Positions 47,957-57,859 are shown, counted from the first letter of the stretch. The stretch: 64,000 nt of DNA from Alphaproteobacteria bacterium (GCA_030746635.1 JASLMH010000002.1:6348-70347); one strand, 5' to 3'. A program made the numbers and translations. Notes: a model not told the origin generated them from the letters alone.

Positions 47957-49570
47957 TCAAAGCGGCTCGTGGTCGCCGGCCAGAAAGGCGTCGCGCAGGG
48001 CGAATTTCTGGATCTTGCCGGAGCCGGTGAGCGGGAATTCGTCGACATTGAACCACAGGGCCGGTGTCTTTTGCGGCGCCAGATGCTGGCGGCAATAGCC
48101 GCGCAGCTCCATCGGGTCCACCTTCTGTCCCGCTTCCGGGCGCAGGAAGCAGGCGACGATCTCGCCCCATCGGTCGTCCGGCAGGCCGACCACGGCGACC
48201 TCGGCCACCGCGGGATGTTCCAGCAGCACGTTCTCGATCTCGGCCGGGAACAGGTTCTCGCCACCGCGGATGATCATTTCCTTCACCCGTCCGGTGACCC
48301 GGACATAGCCGCGGGCGTCCATGGCGCCGAGGTCGCCGGTATGCAGCCAGCCGTCGGCGTCGATGGTCTCGGCCGTCGCTTCCGGGTTGGCGTTGTATTC
48401 GATCATGTTGCAATAGCCCTGGACGCAGATCTCGCCGACCGTGTCGATCGGCACCACCGTGTTGTCCTCGACGCCGCGGATCGAGATGCCGGTCTGCGGC
48501 ATCGGCTGGCCGACGGTATTGCAGATATCGTCCAGGGCGTCGTCGTGGTGGTGCTGGGTGACCACGGGCGAGACCTCGGTCTGGCCATAGACCGTCTCGA
48601 AGTCGCAGCCGAAGGCGTCGCGGACCCGGCGGACCAGTTCGGGAGCCACCATCGAGCCGCCGGAAATCGCCATTCTCAGCGAGGAGACATCGCGGGGTTC
48701 CTGCTCCAGCGCCTCCAGCATCGCCACCAGCATGGTCGGCACCCCGACCAGGGCGTTGGCCCCTTCGCTTTCGATCAGGCGCAGGATGGCGGCCGGCTCG
48801 AACACCTTGACGATCAACATCCGGGAGGCGGTCTGCAGGCAGCCCAGGGTGGCGATGCCGCAGCCGGAGGTGTGGAACATCGGCATGAAATTGATCCAGG
48901 TCGAACCCTGCCGGACCCGGCCGCGTTTGAAGACCAGCCGGGCATTGTTGGTCAGGCCGCGATGGTGCAGCACGGCGCCCTTGGGAAAGCCGGTGGTGCC
49001 GGAGGTGTATTGGATCTGCGTCGCGTCGTCCGGTGTCACCTCGGGCAGGGCCGGCGCCCGCTCGCCCTGGCGGTAAAGTGCGCTGTGGTCGTCCAGGTCG
49101 ACGATCTCGCGCACGGCGTCCAGGCCCGCGCAGGCTTCCTTGGCGATCACGGCCATCGGATTGCCGCGATAGCTCTCGACCGAGAACAGCGCCGCCGAGC
49201 CCGACTGTTCCAGGACGTAGCGCAACTCCTGCGGCTGATAGGCCGGGTTGGCGGTGACCAGGGTGACGCCGGCCAGGGCGCAGGCATATTCCATCAACAG
49301 CCATTCCGGCGTGTTCGGCGCCCACACGGTGATCCGTTCGCCGGGGGCGAAACGGCTCGACAGCGCCAGGGCCAGCCGTTCGCTGTCCGCCAGCAACTCG
49401 CCGTAGCTCCAGGTCCGGCCGGTCCGCCCCTCCATGTCGACCTCGACCAGGGCCGGGGCCGTGGGGTCTTGGGCCGCCGTCCGGCGGAGGAGTTCGCCGA
49501 CGGTGGTTTCCTCGATGATGTCGTCGTCCTGCGGCGGAACCAGGGATTCCGTCAATTCGAACTGATACAT
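47957..49570 (-). CDS. AMP-dependent acyl-CoA synthetase/ligase (FadD-like)
   Basis: YTSGTTGFPKG AMP-binding motif, GYGQTE, and the C-terminal GKIQK. Start MYQFELTESL with GGGAAAG SD; the track ORF's 41 aa N-terminal extension is unlikely. Confidence 0.85.
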   Translation of the reverse strand: MYQFELTESLVPPQDDDIIEETTVGELLRRTAAQDPTAPALVEVDMEGRTGRTWSYGELLADSERLALALSSRFAPGERITVWAPNTPEWLLMEYACALAGVTLVTANPAYQPQELRYVLEQSGSAALFSVESYRGNPMAVIAKEACAGLDAVREIVDLDDHSALYRQGERAPALPEVTPDDATQIQYTSGTTGFPKGAVLHHRGLTNNARLVFKRGRVRQGSTWINFMPMFHTSGCGIATLGCLQTASRMLIVKVFEPAAILRLIESEGANALVGVPTMLVAMLEALEQEPRDVSSLRMAISGGSMVAPELVRRVRDAFGCDFETVYGQTEVSPVVTQHHHDDALDDICNTVGQPMPQTGISIRGVEDNTVVPIDTVGEICVQGYCNMIEYNANPEATAETIDADGWLHTGDLGAMDARGYVRVTGRVKEMIIRGGENLFPAEIENVLLEHPAVAEVAVVGLPDDRWGEIVACFLRPEAGQKVDPMELRGYCRQHLAPQKTPALWFNVDEFPLTGSGKIQKFALRDAFLAGDHEPL

Positions 49571-49654
49571 GGCTGCTTTCCCATTGCGCCGACGCTGGCC
49601 GGTCAGGTGCCGGACGGCCTTATATGGTCGGATTGTCCCCCCGTGATCAAACGA

Positions 49655-49682
49655 AAAACGGCGGCCCGGAGGCCGCCGTTGA
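49655..49682 (-). terminator. Rho-independent terminator downstream of ilvE
   Basis: The minus strand reads AACGGCGGCCtccgGGCCGCCGTTTTTCGTTTG. Confidence 0.6.
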
Positions 49683-49702
49683 TCGAAATCCAAAGCCTGA
49701 AG

Positions 49703-50587
49703 TCAGGCGGCCGCGCGCCGGCGCACCAGGGATTCGAAATCGCCGATCAACTGCTCGGTCACCTGGCCGGGCGTGAAGGTGTACTCGTCGATCACGCCGA
49801 CCGGTGTCACTTCGGCCGCCGTGCCGGTCAGGAAGCATTCCGTGGCGTCGGCCATCTCCTCCGGCATGATGGCCCGATCGATCACCTCGATGCCGCGCAA
49901 CCGGGCCAGATCGATCACCGTACGCCGGGTGATGCCGTCCAGGAAACAATCCGGCGTCGGGGTGTGCAACTTGCCGTCGATCAGGAAGAAGATGTTGGCT
50001 CCGGTCGACTCGGCCACCTGGCCCCGCCAATCCAGCATCAGGGCGTCGTCATAGCCCTCGGCCTCGGCCGCGTGCTTGGACAGGGTGCAGATCATGTACA
50101 GGCCGGCGGCCTTGGAATGCACCGGCGCGGTCCGGGGATCGGGCCGGCGCCACTTGGTGATCTTCAGCTTGATGCCTTTGGTCCGCGCCTCCGGATCGAA
50201 GTAGGACGGCCATTGCCAGACGGCGATGGCGACGTTGATCTGGTTCTCCTGGGCCGAGACGCCCATCATCTCCGAGCCCCGCCAGGCCACCGGCCGGACG
50301 TAGCCGTCGACGATGCCGTTCTTCAGCACCGTCTCGCGGTTGGCGGCGTTGATTTCCGCCACGGAATAGGGGATTTCGAAGTCCAGCATCCGGGCCGAAG
50401 CGAACAGCCGATCGGTGTGTTCCTTGAGCTTGAAGATTTCGCCGTCGTACACCCGCTGGCCCTCGAAGACGCTCGAGGCGTAGTGCAGACCGTGGGTCAG
50501 GACATGCGCGCTGGCTTCCTGCCAGGGCACGAACCCGCCGTTGTACCAGATCGAGCCTTCCAGCTTATCGTATGCGATCGTTGCCAT
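49703..50587 (-). CDS. ilvE: branched-chain amino acid aminotransferase
   Basis: Fold-type IV PLP enzyme pattern (YVRPVAWRG, EGYDDALMLD, TGTAAEVTPV). GGAGG SD; start at MATIAYDKL. Confidence 0.9.
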   Translation of the reverse strand: MATIAYDKLEGSIWYNGGFVPWQEASAHVLTHGLHYASSVFEGQRVYDGEIFKLKEHTDRLFASARMLDFEIPYSVAEINAANRETVLKNGIVDGYVRPVAWRGSEMMGVSAQENQINVAIAVWQWPSYFDPEARTKGIKLKITKWRRPDPRTAPVHSKAAGLYMICTLSKHAAEAEGYDDALMLDWRGQVAESTGANIFFLIDGKLHTPTPDCFLDGITRRTVIDLARLRGIEVIDRAIMPEEMADATECFLTGTAAEVTPVGVIDEYTFTPGQVTEQLIGDFESLVRRRAAA

Positions 50588-50652
50588 GATCGACGCCTCC
50601 AAGACCTTTTATTGCGCCCTCGATGGACAATACGTAACATTCCCAAAATTAT

Positions 50653-51213
50653 ATGTCAACACTACTGACCAAAAAAATGTCAGCAGCATTGACGCATCTT
50701 GTGTACCATGCGGCCATGTCCGAACTTGGTGGCGGCCCCAATCCCCTGTTCCTGCGCGAGGAGGAGTTGGTGCGCGGGATCGAGATGCTGTTCTACGCCT
50801 ACCGTGATTTCACCTCCGACCCGGACGAGATCCTGAAGAACTACGGTTTCGGCCGAGCCCATCACCGGGTGGTGCATTTCGTCGGCCGCAATCCGGGCAT
50901 GTCGGTGGCCGAGCTGCTGGCCATCCTCAAGGTCACCAAGCAGAGCCTCAGCCGGGTGTTGAGCCAGCTGGTGCGGGAGGATTTCGTGCGTCAGCAAAAG
51001 GGCACCCGCGACCGCCGGCAGCGGCTTCTGTACCTGACCGACAAGGGCCAGGCCCTGTTCGATGAGCTCTCCCGGCCGCAGCGGGCCCGGGTGGCCCGGG
51101 CCTATCGCGAGGCCGGGGCCGAAGCCGTGGCCGGCTATCGCAGGGTATTGATCGGTCTTTTGAATCAGGATGAACGCGATGCCGTCCTGGCCTCGGTGGA
51201 AAAGAACCAATAG
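50653..51213 (+). CDS. MarR family transcriptional regulator
   Basis: wHTH region MSVAELLAILKVTKQSLSRVLSQLVREDFV...DRRQRLLYLTDKG. Start ambiguous (50653, 50677 or 50716; no clear SD). Confidence 0.65.
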   Translation: MSTLLTKKMSAALTHLVYHAAMSELGGGPNPLFLREEELVRGIEMLFYAYRDFTSDPDEILKNYGFGRAHHRVVHFVGRNPGMSVAELLAILKVTKQSLSRVLSQLVREDFVRQQKGTRDRRQRLLYLTDKGQALFDELSRPQRARVARAYREAGAEAVAGYRRVLIGLLNQDERDAVLASVEKNQ

Positions 51214-51245
51214 CCGGCGGGCGGCGACCGCCGTGGCCCAACGCC

Positions 51246-51926
51246 ATGACTGACCGGCAGGTGCATATCCTGGTGGTCGACGACGACGACCGTTTGCGGG
51301 AGTTGTTGCGGCGCTACCTGGGCGAATGCGGCTTTCGGGTCTCGACAGCCGGCAGCGCCGCCGAGGCCTGGGCGGCGATGTCGGGCCTGGTGTTCGATCT
51401 GATCGTGATGGATCTGATGATGCCGGGCGAAAGCGGCCTGGAGCTGACTCGTGATCTGCGCCAGACCAGCGACGTGCCGATCCTGCAATTGACCGCCATG
51501 GGCGAGGCCGCCGACCGCATCGCCGGCCTGGAGGTCGGCGCCGATGACTACCTGGCCAAGCCGTTCGAGCCGCGCGAGCTGGTGCTGCGCATAGAGGCGA
51601 TCCTGCGCCGGGGCGGCCCACGGCTGCCGCCCCAGGACGTGGTGGCGTTCGGCGACTGCCGCTTCGATGTCGAGCGCGGCGAGCTGATCCGGGACGGCGA
51701 GGGGGTGCGCCTGACCTCCGGCGAGACCGAGATGCTGCGGATCTTCGCCCGCCGCCCCGGCACCACCATCGGCCGGGCGGAACTGCTGGCCCAGTCCGGC
51801 GCCGGCAACGACCGGGCCGTGGACGTGCAGATCACGCGCCTTCGGCGTAAGATCGAGCCCAACCCGAAAGAGCCCCGTCACCTGTGCACGGTCTGGGGCC
51901 AGGGCTACGTTTTCTGGTCCGATTAA
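51246..51926 (+). CDS. OmpR-family two-component response regulator (ChvI-like)
   Basis: REC domain (ILVVDDDDRLRELL, DLIVMDLMMPG) plus trans_reg_C (RLRRKIE...CTVWGQGYVF). Confidence 0.9.
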   Translation: MTDRQVHILVVDDDDRLRELLRRYLGECGFRVSTAGSAAEAWAAMSGLVFDLIVMDLMMPGESGLELTRDLRQTSDVPILQLTAMGEAADRIAGLEVGADDYLAKPFEPRELVLRIEAILRRGGPRLPPQDVVAFGDCRFDVERGELIRDGEGVRLTSGETEMLRIFARRPGTTIGRAELLAQSGAGNDRAVDVQITRLRRKIEPNPKEPRHLCTVWGQGYVFWSD

Positions 51927-51960
51927 GCGGATGTCCAGCCGGAAGGGTGGTCCCGGATAG

Positions 51961-53268
51961 ATGTTGAAACGGTTTCTGCCACGCAGTCTGTTCGGACGGG
52001 CCATCATCATCATCATCGCGCCGGTGGTGTTGTTGCAGGTGGTCGCCGCCATCGTGTTTTTCGACCGCCATTTGGAATCGGTGACCCGCCGCATGGCCCG
52101 CAGCGTCGCTGGTGACATCAGCTTCGTCACCGCCGCCCTCAGCCGCAACAGCGAGTCCCTGGCTCGCTTCCGCATCCTGCAGTCGGCCAACCGGCGCCTG
52201 AACCTGAATTTCACCCTGCTGGCGGAGCAGCCCCTGACCGCCGGCCCGCTGCCCACCGGCGGCACGCCGATCGAGGCGCTGCTGATCCGCACCATCGACG
52301 AGGGTCTGGAACTGGCCTTCACCATCGAGAACCAGCCGGCCCAGAAGCACTACCTGATCCGGGTCGCCTTCGAGGACGGCACCCTGCAGGTGCTGGTGCC
52401 GCACAACCGGGTCACCGCCGCCGCCTCGCAGGTGCTGGCCCTCTGGACCATCGGCTCGTCGCTGTTGCTGCTCGCCATCGCCATCCTGTTCCTGCGCAAC
52501 CAGGTGCGGCCGATCCTGCGTTTGGCCCAGGCCGCCGACCGTTTGGGCAAGGGCCAGGAGGTGGAGGATTTCAAGCCGTCCGGCGCCAGCGAAGTGCGCC
52601 TGGCGGCCGATGCCTTCCTGCGCATGCGTGATCGGATCGAGCGGCAGATCCGCCAGCGCACCGAAATGCTGGCCGGCGTCAGTCATGACCTGCGCACGCC
52701 GCTGACCCGCATGAAACTGGAACTGGCGATGCTGGGGGAGACGCCGGCGGCGGCCGAGATGCAGGCCGACGTGGAAGAGATGGAGCGGATGATCGAGGGC
52801 TATCTGGCCTTCGCCCGCGGCGCCGACGGCGAGCGGGCGGTGGAGACCGACCTGACGCAATTGCTGGAGGAGACGGTGGGCGACGCCCGGCGCCACGGCG
52901 CCGAGGTCGATTTCGCCGCCGAGGGCGAGTTGCGCGCCCGGCTGCGGCCGCAAAGTCTGAAGCGCTGCGTCGCAAACCTGCTCAGCAACGCCGAGCGCTA
53001 TGCCCGGCGGACCTCGGTCGAGGCCCGGCGGGACGGCGACATGATCGAGATCACCGTCGACGACGACGGCCCCGGCATCCCGGAAGCCGAGCGCGAGGCG
53101 GTGTTCCGGCCGTTCTACCGCCTGGAGGGATCGCGCAACCCGGGCACCGGCGGCGTCGGCCTGGGCCTGGCCATCGCCCGCGACACCGTGCGCAGCCAGG
53201 GCGGCGACGTCACCCTGGGCGAGGCCCCGGCCGGCGGCCTGCGCGCCACCGTGCGCCTGCCCGTGTAA
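51961..53268 (+). CDS. HAMP-domain sensor histidine kinase (EnvZ/ChvG-like)
   Basis: Two TM helices, HAMP, HisKA (SHDLRTPLTRM) and HATPase_c (GTGGVGLGLAIAR). Confidence 0.85.
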   Translation: MLKRFLPRSLFGRAIIIIIAPVVLLQVVAAIVFFDRHLESVTRRMARSVAGDISFVTAALSRNSESLARFRILQSANRRLNLNFTLLAEQPLTAGPLPTGGTPIEALLIRTIDEGLELAFTIENQPAQKHYLIRVAFEDGTLQVLVPHNRVTAAASQVLALWTIGSSLLLLAIAILFLRNQVRPILRLAQAADRLGKGQEVEDFKPSGASEVRLAADAFLRMRDRIERQIRQRTEMLAGVSHDLRTPLTRMKLELAMLGETPAAAEMQADVEEMERMIEGYLAFARGADGERAVETDLTQLLEETVGDARRHGAEVDFAAEGELRARLRPQSLKRCVANLLSNAERYARRTSVEARRDGDMIEITVDDDGPGIPEAEREAVFRPFYRLEGSRNPGTGGVGLGLAIARDTVRSQGGDVTLGEAPAGGLRATVRLPV

Positions 53269-53269
53269 C

Positions 53270-53292
53270 GAAAACGGCGGCCCCGAAGGGCC
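53270..53292. terminator. hairpin terminator between convergent HK gene and PEP-CTERM gene
   Basis: GGCGGCCCcgaaGGGCCGCC, with T/A runs on both flanks. Confidence 0.55.
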
Positions 53293-53328
53293 GCCGTTCC
53301 ATTCATGGCTTCCTGAAGGTGCAGCGGA

Positions 53329-54135
53329 TCAGGCCGCCAATTTCCGGCGCCGTCGCAGCGCGCCCAGGCCCAACAGGCCGAGGCCGAACAGGCCCAGGGC
53401 CGCCGGTTCCGGGACGTCCGTGTTGGTTTCCAACTCGATCGATGTGTCGATCCGGAAGGTTGAGGCCGAGGTGTGCCGTTCGGCGAAGAACAGATCGAAA
53501 TCGTAGGTATTGCCGATGGTCAGGCCGAGAGTGGTCACGTCAACCGAGCCGGACAGGGCGCCATGCACGCCGCCCAGGTCGATCACCAGTTCGTCGTCGA
53601 TGAACACCCACAGATCGTCATCGCCGGTGAAGCTGAACGTCTCGTCGCCCTGATAGGTGAACTCGGTGTGCAGTTCCAGGGTGAAGTGGTAGTTGTGCAC
53701 CCGCCCCTGGTTGCCGAACAACTCCCCGTCGATGGGGAAGAAGGCGCCGTCGGTGAAGGTATAGACGTCCGGATCGACGGTAATCGTGTTGTCCAGGGTC
53801 AGGGTCTTGGTGGTGGTCATGTTGACGCTGGCGTCGTCGTTGTACCACTGGTCGAAGGCGGCCGCGCCATGGGTCGTCGGATTGCCCGTCGTGCCGGCAT
53901 AGACGGGATTCTTGTCACCGCCCAAGGTGGTTTCGACAATTCCATAGTCGATGGCGATGCCATTCTCGAAATCGGCATGGGTGTCGTTGAAGTCGCGGAC
54001 GGTGACGTCGAGTTCGATGGTCGCGGCGGTCGCGGGCGACAGATCGGCGACGCCAAGGACCGGTACGGCAAGGGCGAGGGCGGCGGTGCCGGCGAGCATC
54101 CGTTTCGGCCATGGTCTGGTCCGGGCTCTGGGCAT
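53329..54135 (-). CDS. fibro-slime domain protein with PEP-CTERM sorting domain
   Basis: Start [28 protein letters not shown] (signal peptide) with [30 protein letters not shown]...[21 protein letters not shown] matches the fibro-slime family. C-terminal [29 protein letters not shown] is a PEP-CTERM domain. Confidence 0.75.
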   Translation of the reverse strand: MPRARTRPWPKRMLAGTAALALAVPVLGVADLSPATAATIELDVTVRDFNDTHADFENGIAIDYGIVETTLGGDKNPVYAGTTGNPTTHGAAAFDQWYNDDASVNMTTTKTLTLDNTITVDPDVYTFTDGAFFPIDGELFGNQGRVHNYHFTLELHTEFTYQGDETFSFTGDDDLWVFIDDELVIDLGGVHGALSGSVDVTTLGLTIGNTYDFDLFFAERHTSASTFRIDTSIELETNTDVPEPAALGLFGLGLLGLGALRRRRKLAA

Positions 54136-54189
54136 GATCTCTTTCCTCGACAAATCGGCTGCGGTTTCCGCCGCGATTGTCATAAGCTA

Positions 54190-54205
54190 TGCAAGTGTCA
54201 TGCCA
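54190..54205 (-). promoter_or_regulatory. sigma-54 (-24/-12) promoter upstream of fibro-slime PEP-CTERM gene
   Basis: Minus-strand reading TGGCATGACACTTGCA (TGGCAY-N5-TTGCA), about 55-70 nt upstream of the ATG at 54135. Confidence 0.5.
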
Positions 54206-54308
54206 ACTTTGCCGAAGTGAATAAAATCAACGCCTTAGCGGTCATACGCCGCTCGAAATTGTAAAGAACGTGTAAATATTTTCGACAGATGGCCGGGCCG
54301 GTGGTGCC

Positions 54309-54647
54309 CTAGAACAACCGGCCGCCGTTGGGAACCGGACGGTTGGGTTCGATCAGCACCACGGCGCCGCTGTCGTCCGGGAAGCCCAGCACCAGGATCT
54401 CCGACATGAACTTGCCGATCTGCTTGGCCGGGAAGTTGATCACGGCGGCGACCTGCCGCCCGACCAGGTCCTCCGGCGTGTAGTGATCGGTCAACTGCGC
54501 TGCGGTCTTGCGTTCGCCGATCTCCGGCCCGAAGTCCACGAACAGCTTGTAGGAGGGGTTGCGCGCCTCCGGGTACGGCTCGGCGCCGATCACCGTGCCG
54601 ACGCGGATGTCGACCTTCAGGAAGTCGTCGAAACCGATCTCGGCCAT
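54309..54647 (-). CDS. tRNA-binding protein (CsaA/EMAP-II-like OB fold)
   Basis: 112 aa; VDIRVGTVIGAEPYPEARNPSYKLFVDFG is the CsaA/Trbp111 family signature. Confidence 0.8.
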   Translation of the reverse strand: MAEIGFDDFLKVDIRVGTVIGAEPYPEARNPSYKLFVDFGPEIGERKTAAQLTDHYTPEDLVGRQVAAVINFPAKQIGKFMSEILVLGFPDDSGAVVLIEPNRPVPNGGRLF

Positions 54648-54695
54648 GGCCTCGCTCCGGTGCTTGTCCGGCAGGTAGCGGGTTGCTAGGTAGGT

Positions 54696-55379
54696 TCAGG
54701 CTTCCGCCGCCTCGGCCTCGTCGCCGTCGCCCTCGCGGCGGCGCCAGCCGGCCAGGCCGCGCGGCCCCCGGCGCAGGGCGCCGACCAGGGCGTCGGCCCG
54801 GCCCAGTGCCTTGTCCAGGGCGGCCATGGTGTGGGCCAAATCCTCACCCTCGTCGCCGAACCAGACCCGCAGCACGGACAGATAGATCAGGCCCAGGCCC
54901 TTGACCTGCAACGGCTCCAGCGCGCCCCAAGGCTCCACCCGGGCGGCCACCAGCATCCATTCCAGGCTGCGCCGCAACGGGCCGGCGGCCAGGCAGGCCA
55001 TGGCCGGCGGATCGCGGGGCAGATCCCGCGCCACCGCCGCCAGGCCCTCGCGATAGGGGGCGAGGGCGTCCAGCCGCCGCATGATTACGTCGAACAGGCG
55101 GTCGCGGACCGGCTCGTCGGCGATGCCCGGGTCGCTGCCGGCCAGGACGATTTCGTCGACCATCCGGCCCAGGCCGGCCAGGATCGCCAGTTTCGAGCCG
55201 AAAAGCTGCCGCAGTTCCGCCAGGCTCAGGCCGGCCTCGTCGGCGATGTCGGCCATGGTGGTGTCCGACCAGCCCTGCACTGCCGCCAGCCGCATCGCCG
55301 CGTCGATGGCCAGGCCGTTGGGATCCGCCGGTTGCGCCTTTTTCTTGCCGCCGCGCTTGGCTGCTTTCTTTGCCGCCAT
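54696..55379 (-). CDS. TetR-family transcriptional regulator
   Basis: Lys-rich N-terminal tail, then the HTH AIDAAMRLAAVQGWSDTTMADIADEAGLSLAELRQLF. GGAAGGGG SD. Confidence 0.7.
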   Translation of the reverse strand: MAAKKAAKRGGKKKAQPADPNGLAIDAAMRLAAVQGWSDTTMADIADEAGLSLAELRQLFGSKLAILAGLGRMVDEIVLAGSDPGIADEPVRDRLFDVIMRRLDALAPYREGLAAVARDLPRDPPAMACLAAGPLRRSLEWMLVAARVEPWGALEPLQVKGLGLIYLSVLRVWFGDEGEDLAHTMAALDKALGRADALVGALRRGPRGLAGWRRREGDGDEAEAAEA

Positions 55380-55532
55380 GTCGTTTGCCCCTTCCACCTC
55401 ATATGATACCGGCCCGCCGGGCACCCCGGCAACGGTGTTGGCTATCGCCGCGCCGGGCGGGGGCCGCTATGCTGCGCCTCTCGCGGCCGGCGCCGCCGGC
55501 CGTTCCCGGTGATTGATATATAGGAAGTCCGG

Positions 55533-56600
55533 ATGCAAATAGCGGTAGATCGCCTGACCGAGTTGGGCCAGGCCATCGTTCATCATGGCGGCGCCGAGGC
55601 GGCCGAGGCGGCCCAGGTGACCCACTACCTGATCGACGCCAACCTGGCCGGCCACGACAGCCACGGCATCGGCATGCTGCCGGCCTACATGCTGGGTATT
55701 CGCGAGGGGGCGCTGGTGCCGGGCGCCGAAATCAGCGTCGAAAACGACCGCGGGCCGTTCCTGCTGATCGACGGCAACGCCGGTTTCGGCCAAGTGATCG
55801 CCAAACAGGCCATGGAACTGGCCATCGCCCGGGCCAAGGATTTGGGCATCGCCGTGATGGGTCTGAAGAACTCCTACCATATCGGCCGGGTCGGCGCCTG
55901 GGGCGAGATGGCGGCGGCCGAGGGCTTCATCTCGATCCACTACGTCAACGCCCATTCGCCGAATTCCCTGGTCGCGCCCCATGGCGGCACGGACTCCCGC
56001 TTCACCACCAACCCCTATTGCACCGCCCTGCCGGCCACCAACGGGCCGCCGGTCGTGCTCGACATGGCGACCAGCAAGGTGGCCATGGGCAAGGTGCGGG
56101 TGGCCCACAACAAGGGCGTCGAGGTGCCGCCCGACTGCCTGATCGACCACATGGGCAACCCGACCAACGACCCCGGCGTGATGTTCGCCGAGCCCAAGGG
56201 CGCCCTGCGCTCCATGGGCCTGCACAAGGGCTATGCCCTGGCGGTGATCTGCGAGGCCCTGGCCGGCGGCTTCACCGGCGGCGGCACCTTCGGCCCGGAC
56301 AGGGTGGGACCGGGCAAGATCATCAACAACATGCTGACGGTGCTGATCGATCCCGACGCCTTCGGCCAGCGCGCCGCCTTCGAGGCCGAGATCGACCGCT
56401 TCACCGAATGGGTCAAGACCTCGCCGCCGGCCCCCGGCGTCGACGAGGTGATGGTGCCGGGCGACCCGGAGCGCAAGGCGCGGGCCGACCGCCTGGCCAA
56501 CGGCGTGCCGGTCGACGAGCGCACTTTCGAGGAACTGCTGGAAACCTGCGAACTGGTCGGCCTGAGCCGCGACCAGGCGCTGCGCATCGTCGGCAATTGA
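55533..56600 (+). CDS. Ldh2-family (malate/L-lactate/ureidoglycolate/sulfolactate dehydrogenase-type) NAD(P)H oxidoreductase
   Basis: 355 aa; HDSHGIGM and PF02615-like motifs throughout. AGGAAG SD. Confidence 0.8.
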   Translation: MQIAVDRLTELGQAIVHHGGAEAAEAAQVTHYLIDANLAGHDSHGIGMLPAYMLGIREGALVPGAEISVENDRGPFLLIDGNAGFGQVIAKQAMELAIARAKDLGIAVMGLKNSYHIGRVGAWGEMAAAEGFISIHYVNAHSPNSLVAPHGGTDSRFTTNPYCTALPATNGPPVVLDMATSKVAMGKVRVAHNKGVEVPPDCLIDHMGNPTNDPGVMFAEPKGALRSMGLHKGYALAVICEALAGGFTGGGTFGPDRVGPGKIINNMLTVLIDPDAFGQRAAFEAEIDRFTEWVKTSPPAPGVDEVMVPGDPERKARADRLANGVPVDERTFEELLETCELVGLSRDQALRIVGN

Positions 56601-57112
56601 CCGGGCCGTCCCTGACCCTGGTGCTGGGCGGTGCCCGTTCGGGCAAGAGCGCCTTCGCCCAGGCCCGGGCCGAGGCAACCCGGGGCGCCTGCGTCTATCT
56701 CGCCACCGCCCGGGCCGGCGATGCCGAGATGGCGGCCCGGATCGCCGCCCATCGACGGCAACGCGGGCCGCGCTGGCGCACGGTGGAGGAACCGTTGGCC
56801 CTGGCCGCGGCCCTGCGCCGGGAGGCCGGAGCGGACCGCATCGTGCTGGTCGACTGCCTGACCCTGTGGCTGAGCAACCTGTTGGCGGCCGGGGCCGACA
56901 TGGCGGTCGAACGGGACGGCCTGGTCGCCGCCTGTGGCGAACTGCCCGGGCCGGTGATCCTGGTCTCCAACGAGGTCGGCCAGGGTATTGTCCCCGATAA
57001 TGCCCTGGCCCGCCGCTTCATCGACGAGGCCGGCTGGCTGCACCAGCAACTGGCTCGGGTGGCGGGCGAAGTCTTTTTTCTAACCGCCGGGCTGCCGCAA
57101 CGGCTGAAATAG
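56597..57112 (+). CDS. cobU: bifunctional adenosylcobinamide kinase/adenosylcobinamide-phosphate guanylyltransferase
   Basis: P-loop LVLGGARSGKS, about 10 aa from a TTG start that overlaps the upstream TGA (TTGA). About 171 aa, CobU/CobP size. Confidence 0.75.
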   Translation: MTGPSLTLVLGGARSGKSAFAQARAEATRGACVYLATARAGDAEMAARIAAHRRQRGPRWRTVEEPLALAAALRREAGADRIVLVDCLTLWLSNLLAAGADMAVERDGLVAACGELPGPVILVSNEVGQGIVPDNALARRFIDEAGWLHQQLARVAGEVFFLTAGLPQRLK

Positions 57113-57163
57113 GGCGGCCGGCTCGGCGGCGCCACGCCATCCGGCGAACCCGCGAGCTTGGTA

Positions 57164-57859
57164 TCACATGATGCCGGGAATAAGCCGCCAGCGTACCCGG
57201 GTGAGATAGTCGTCGTAGCCTTCCAGTCCCCGGCGCAGCGTCGCTTCCTCGATCAGCATGCGGGGGAGAAATCCGACCATGATCATGGGGATGGCGGCGA
57301 GGGCAAAGGCGGAGGACCCGAACACCAGTCCCAGCCCCACGAATGATGGCACAAGGCCGGCATACATCGGATGGCGGACGAAGCCATAGGGTCCGGTGTC
57401 GATGACCCGCTGCTGCCGGTCGTCCTGCACTTCCACCACCGAGGAGGCGAAGGTGTTTTCATGCATGGTCCACATGACCAGGGCCATGCCGAGGGCGAAA
57501 AGCACCAGCCCCGAGACCAGCGAGACCGCCGCCGGCAATGCCGGCAACAAATGCAGATGGTGCACGTCGACGGCGGCGCCGACGAACCAGCCGAACAACA
57601 GCAGAATGATCAGCGCGGTGGCGACCTTGTCGGCCAGGGGATTGCCGCCGGGGAATGACGTGCGCTTGCGCAGCAGATCCGGGTCGTGCTTCAGGAACCA
57701 AAGCCCGCTCACAAGCTGCGTTCCCCACAGTACGCCGATCGCCAGCCAGCCGCGCGGCCAGTCGAGCGAGCCGGTCAGCAACCAGACAGGCCCGATCGCC
57801 AGCAGGCCGTAAAGCACCGCCGCGATCGCCAGTCCGACGATAGTACGCACAACCAACAT
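57164..57859 (-). CDS. isoprenylcysteine carboxyl methyltransferase (ICMT)/phospholipid methyltransferase family membrane protein
   Basis: Multi-TM protein; the C-terminal RHPMYAGL...EE pattern is typical of the ICMT/PEMT family. Confidence 0.7.
   Translation of the reverse strand: MLVVRTIVGLAIAAVLYGLLAIGPVWLLTGSLDWPRGWLAIGVLWGTQLVSGLWFLKHDPDLLRKRTSFPGGNPLADKVATALIILLLFGWFVGAAVDVHHLHLLPALPAAVSLVSGLVLFALGMALVMWTMHENTFASSVVEVQDDRQQRVIDTGPYGFVRHPMYAGLVPSFVGLGLVFGSSAFALAAIPMIMVGFLPRMLIEEATLRRGLEGYDDYLTRVRWRLIPGIM

Noticed and set aside
47969-50668. 899-aa plus-strand ORF spanning the acyl-CoA synthetase and ilvE
   Set aside because: It runs antisense across two unrelated, well-supported minus-strand genes and their intergenic terminator, so it is an artefact.
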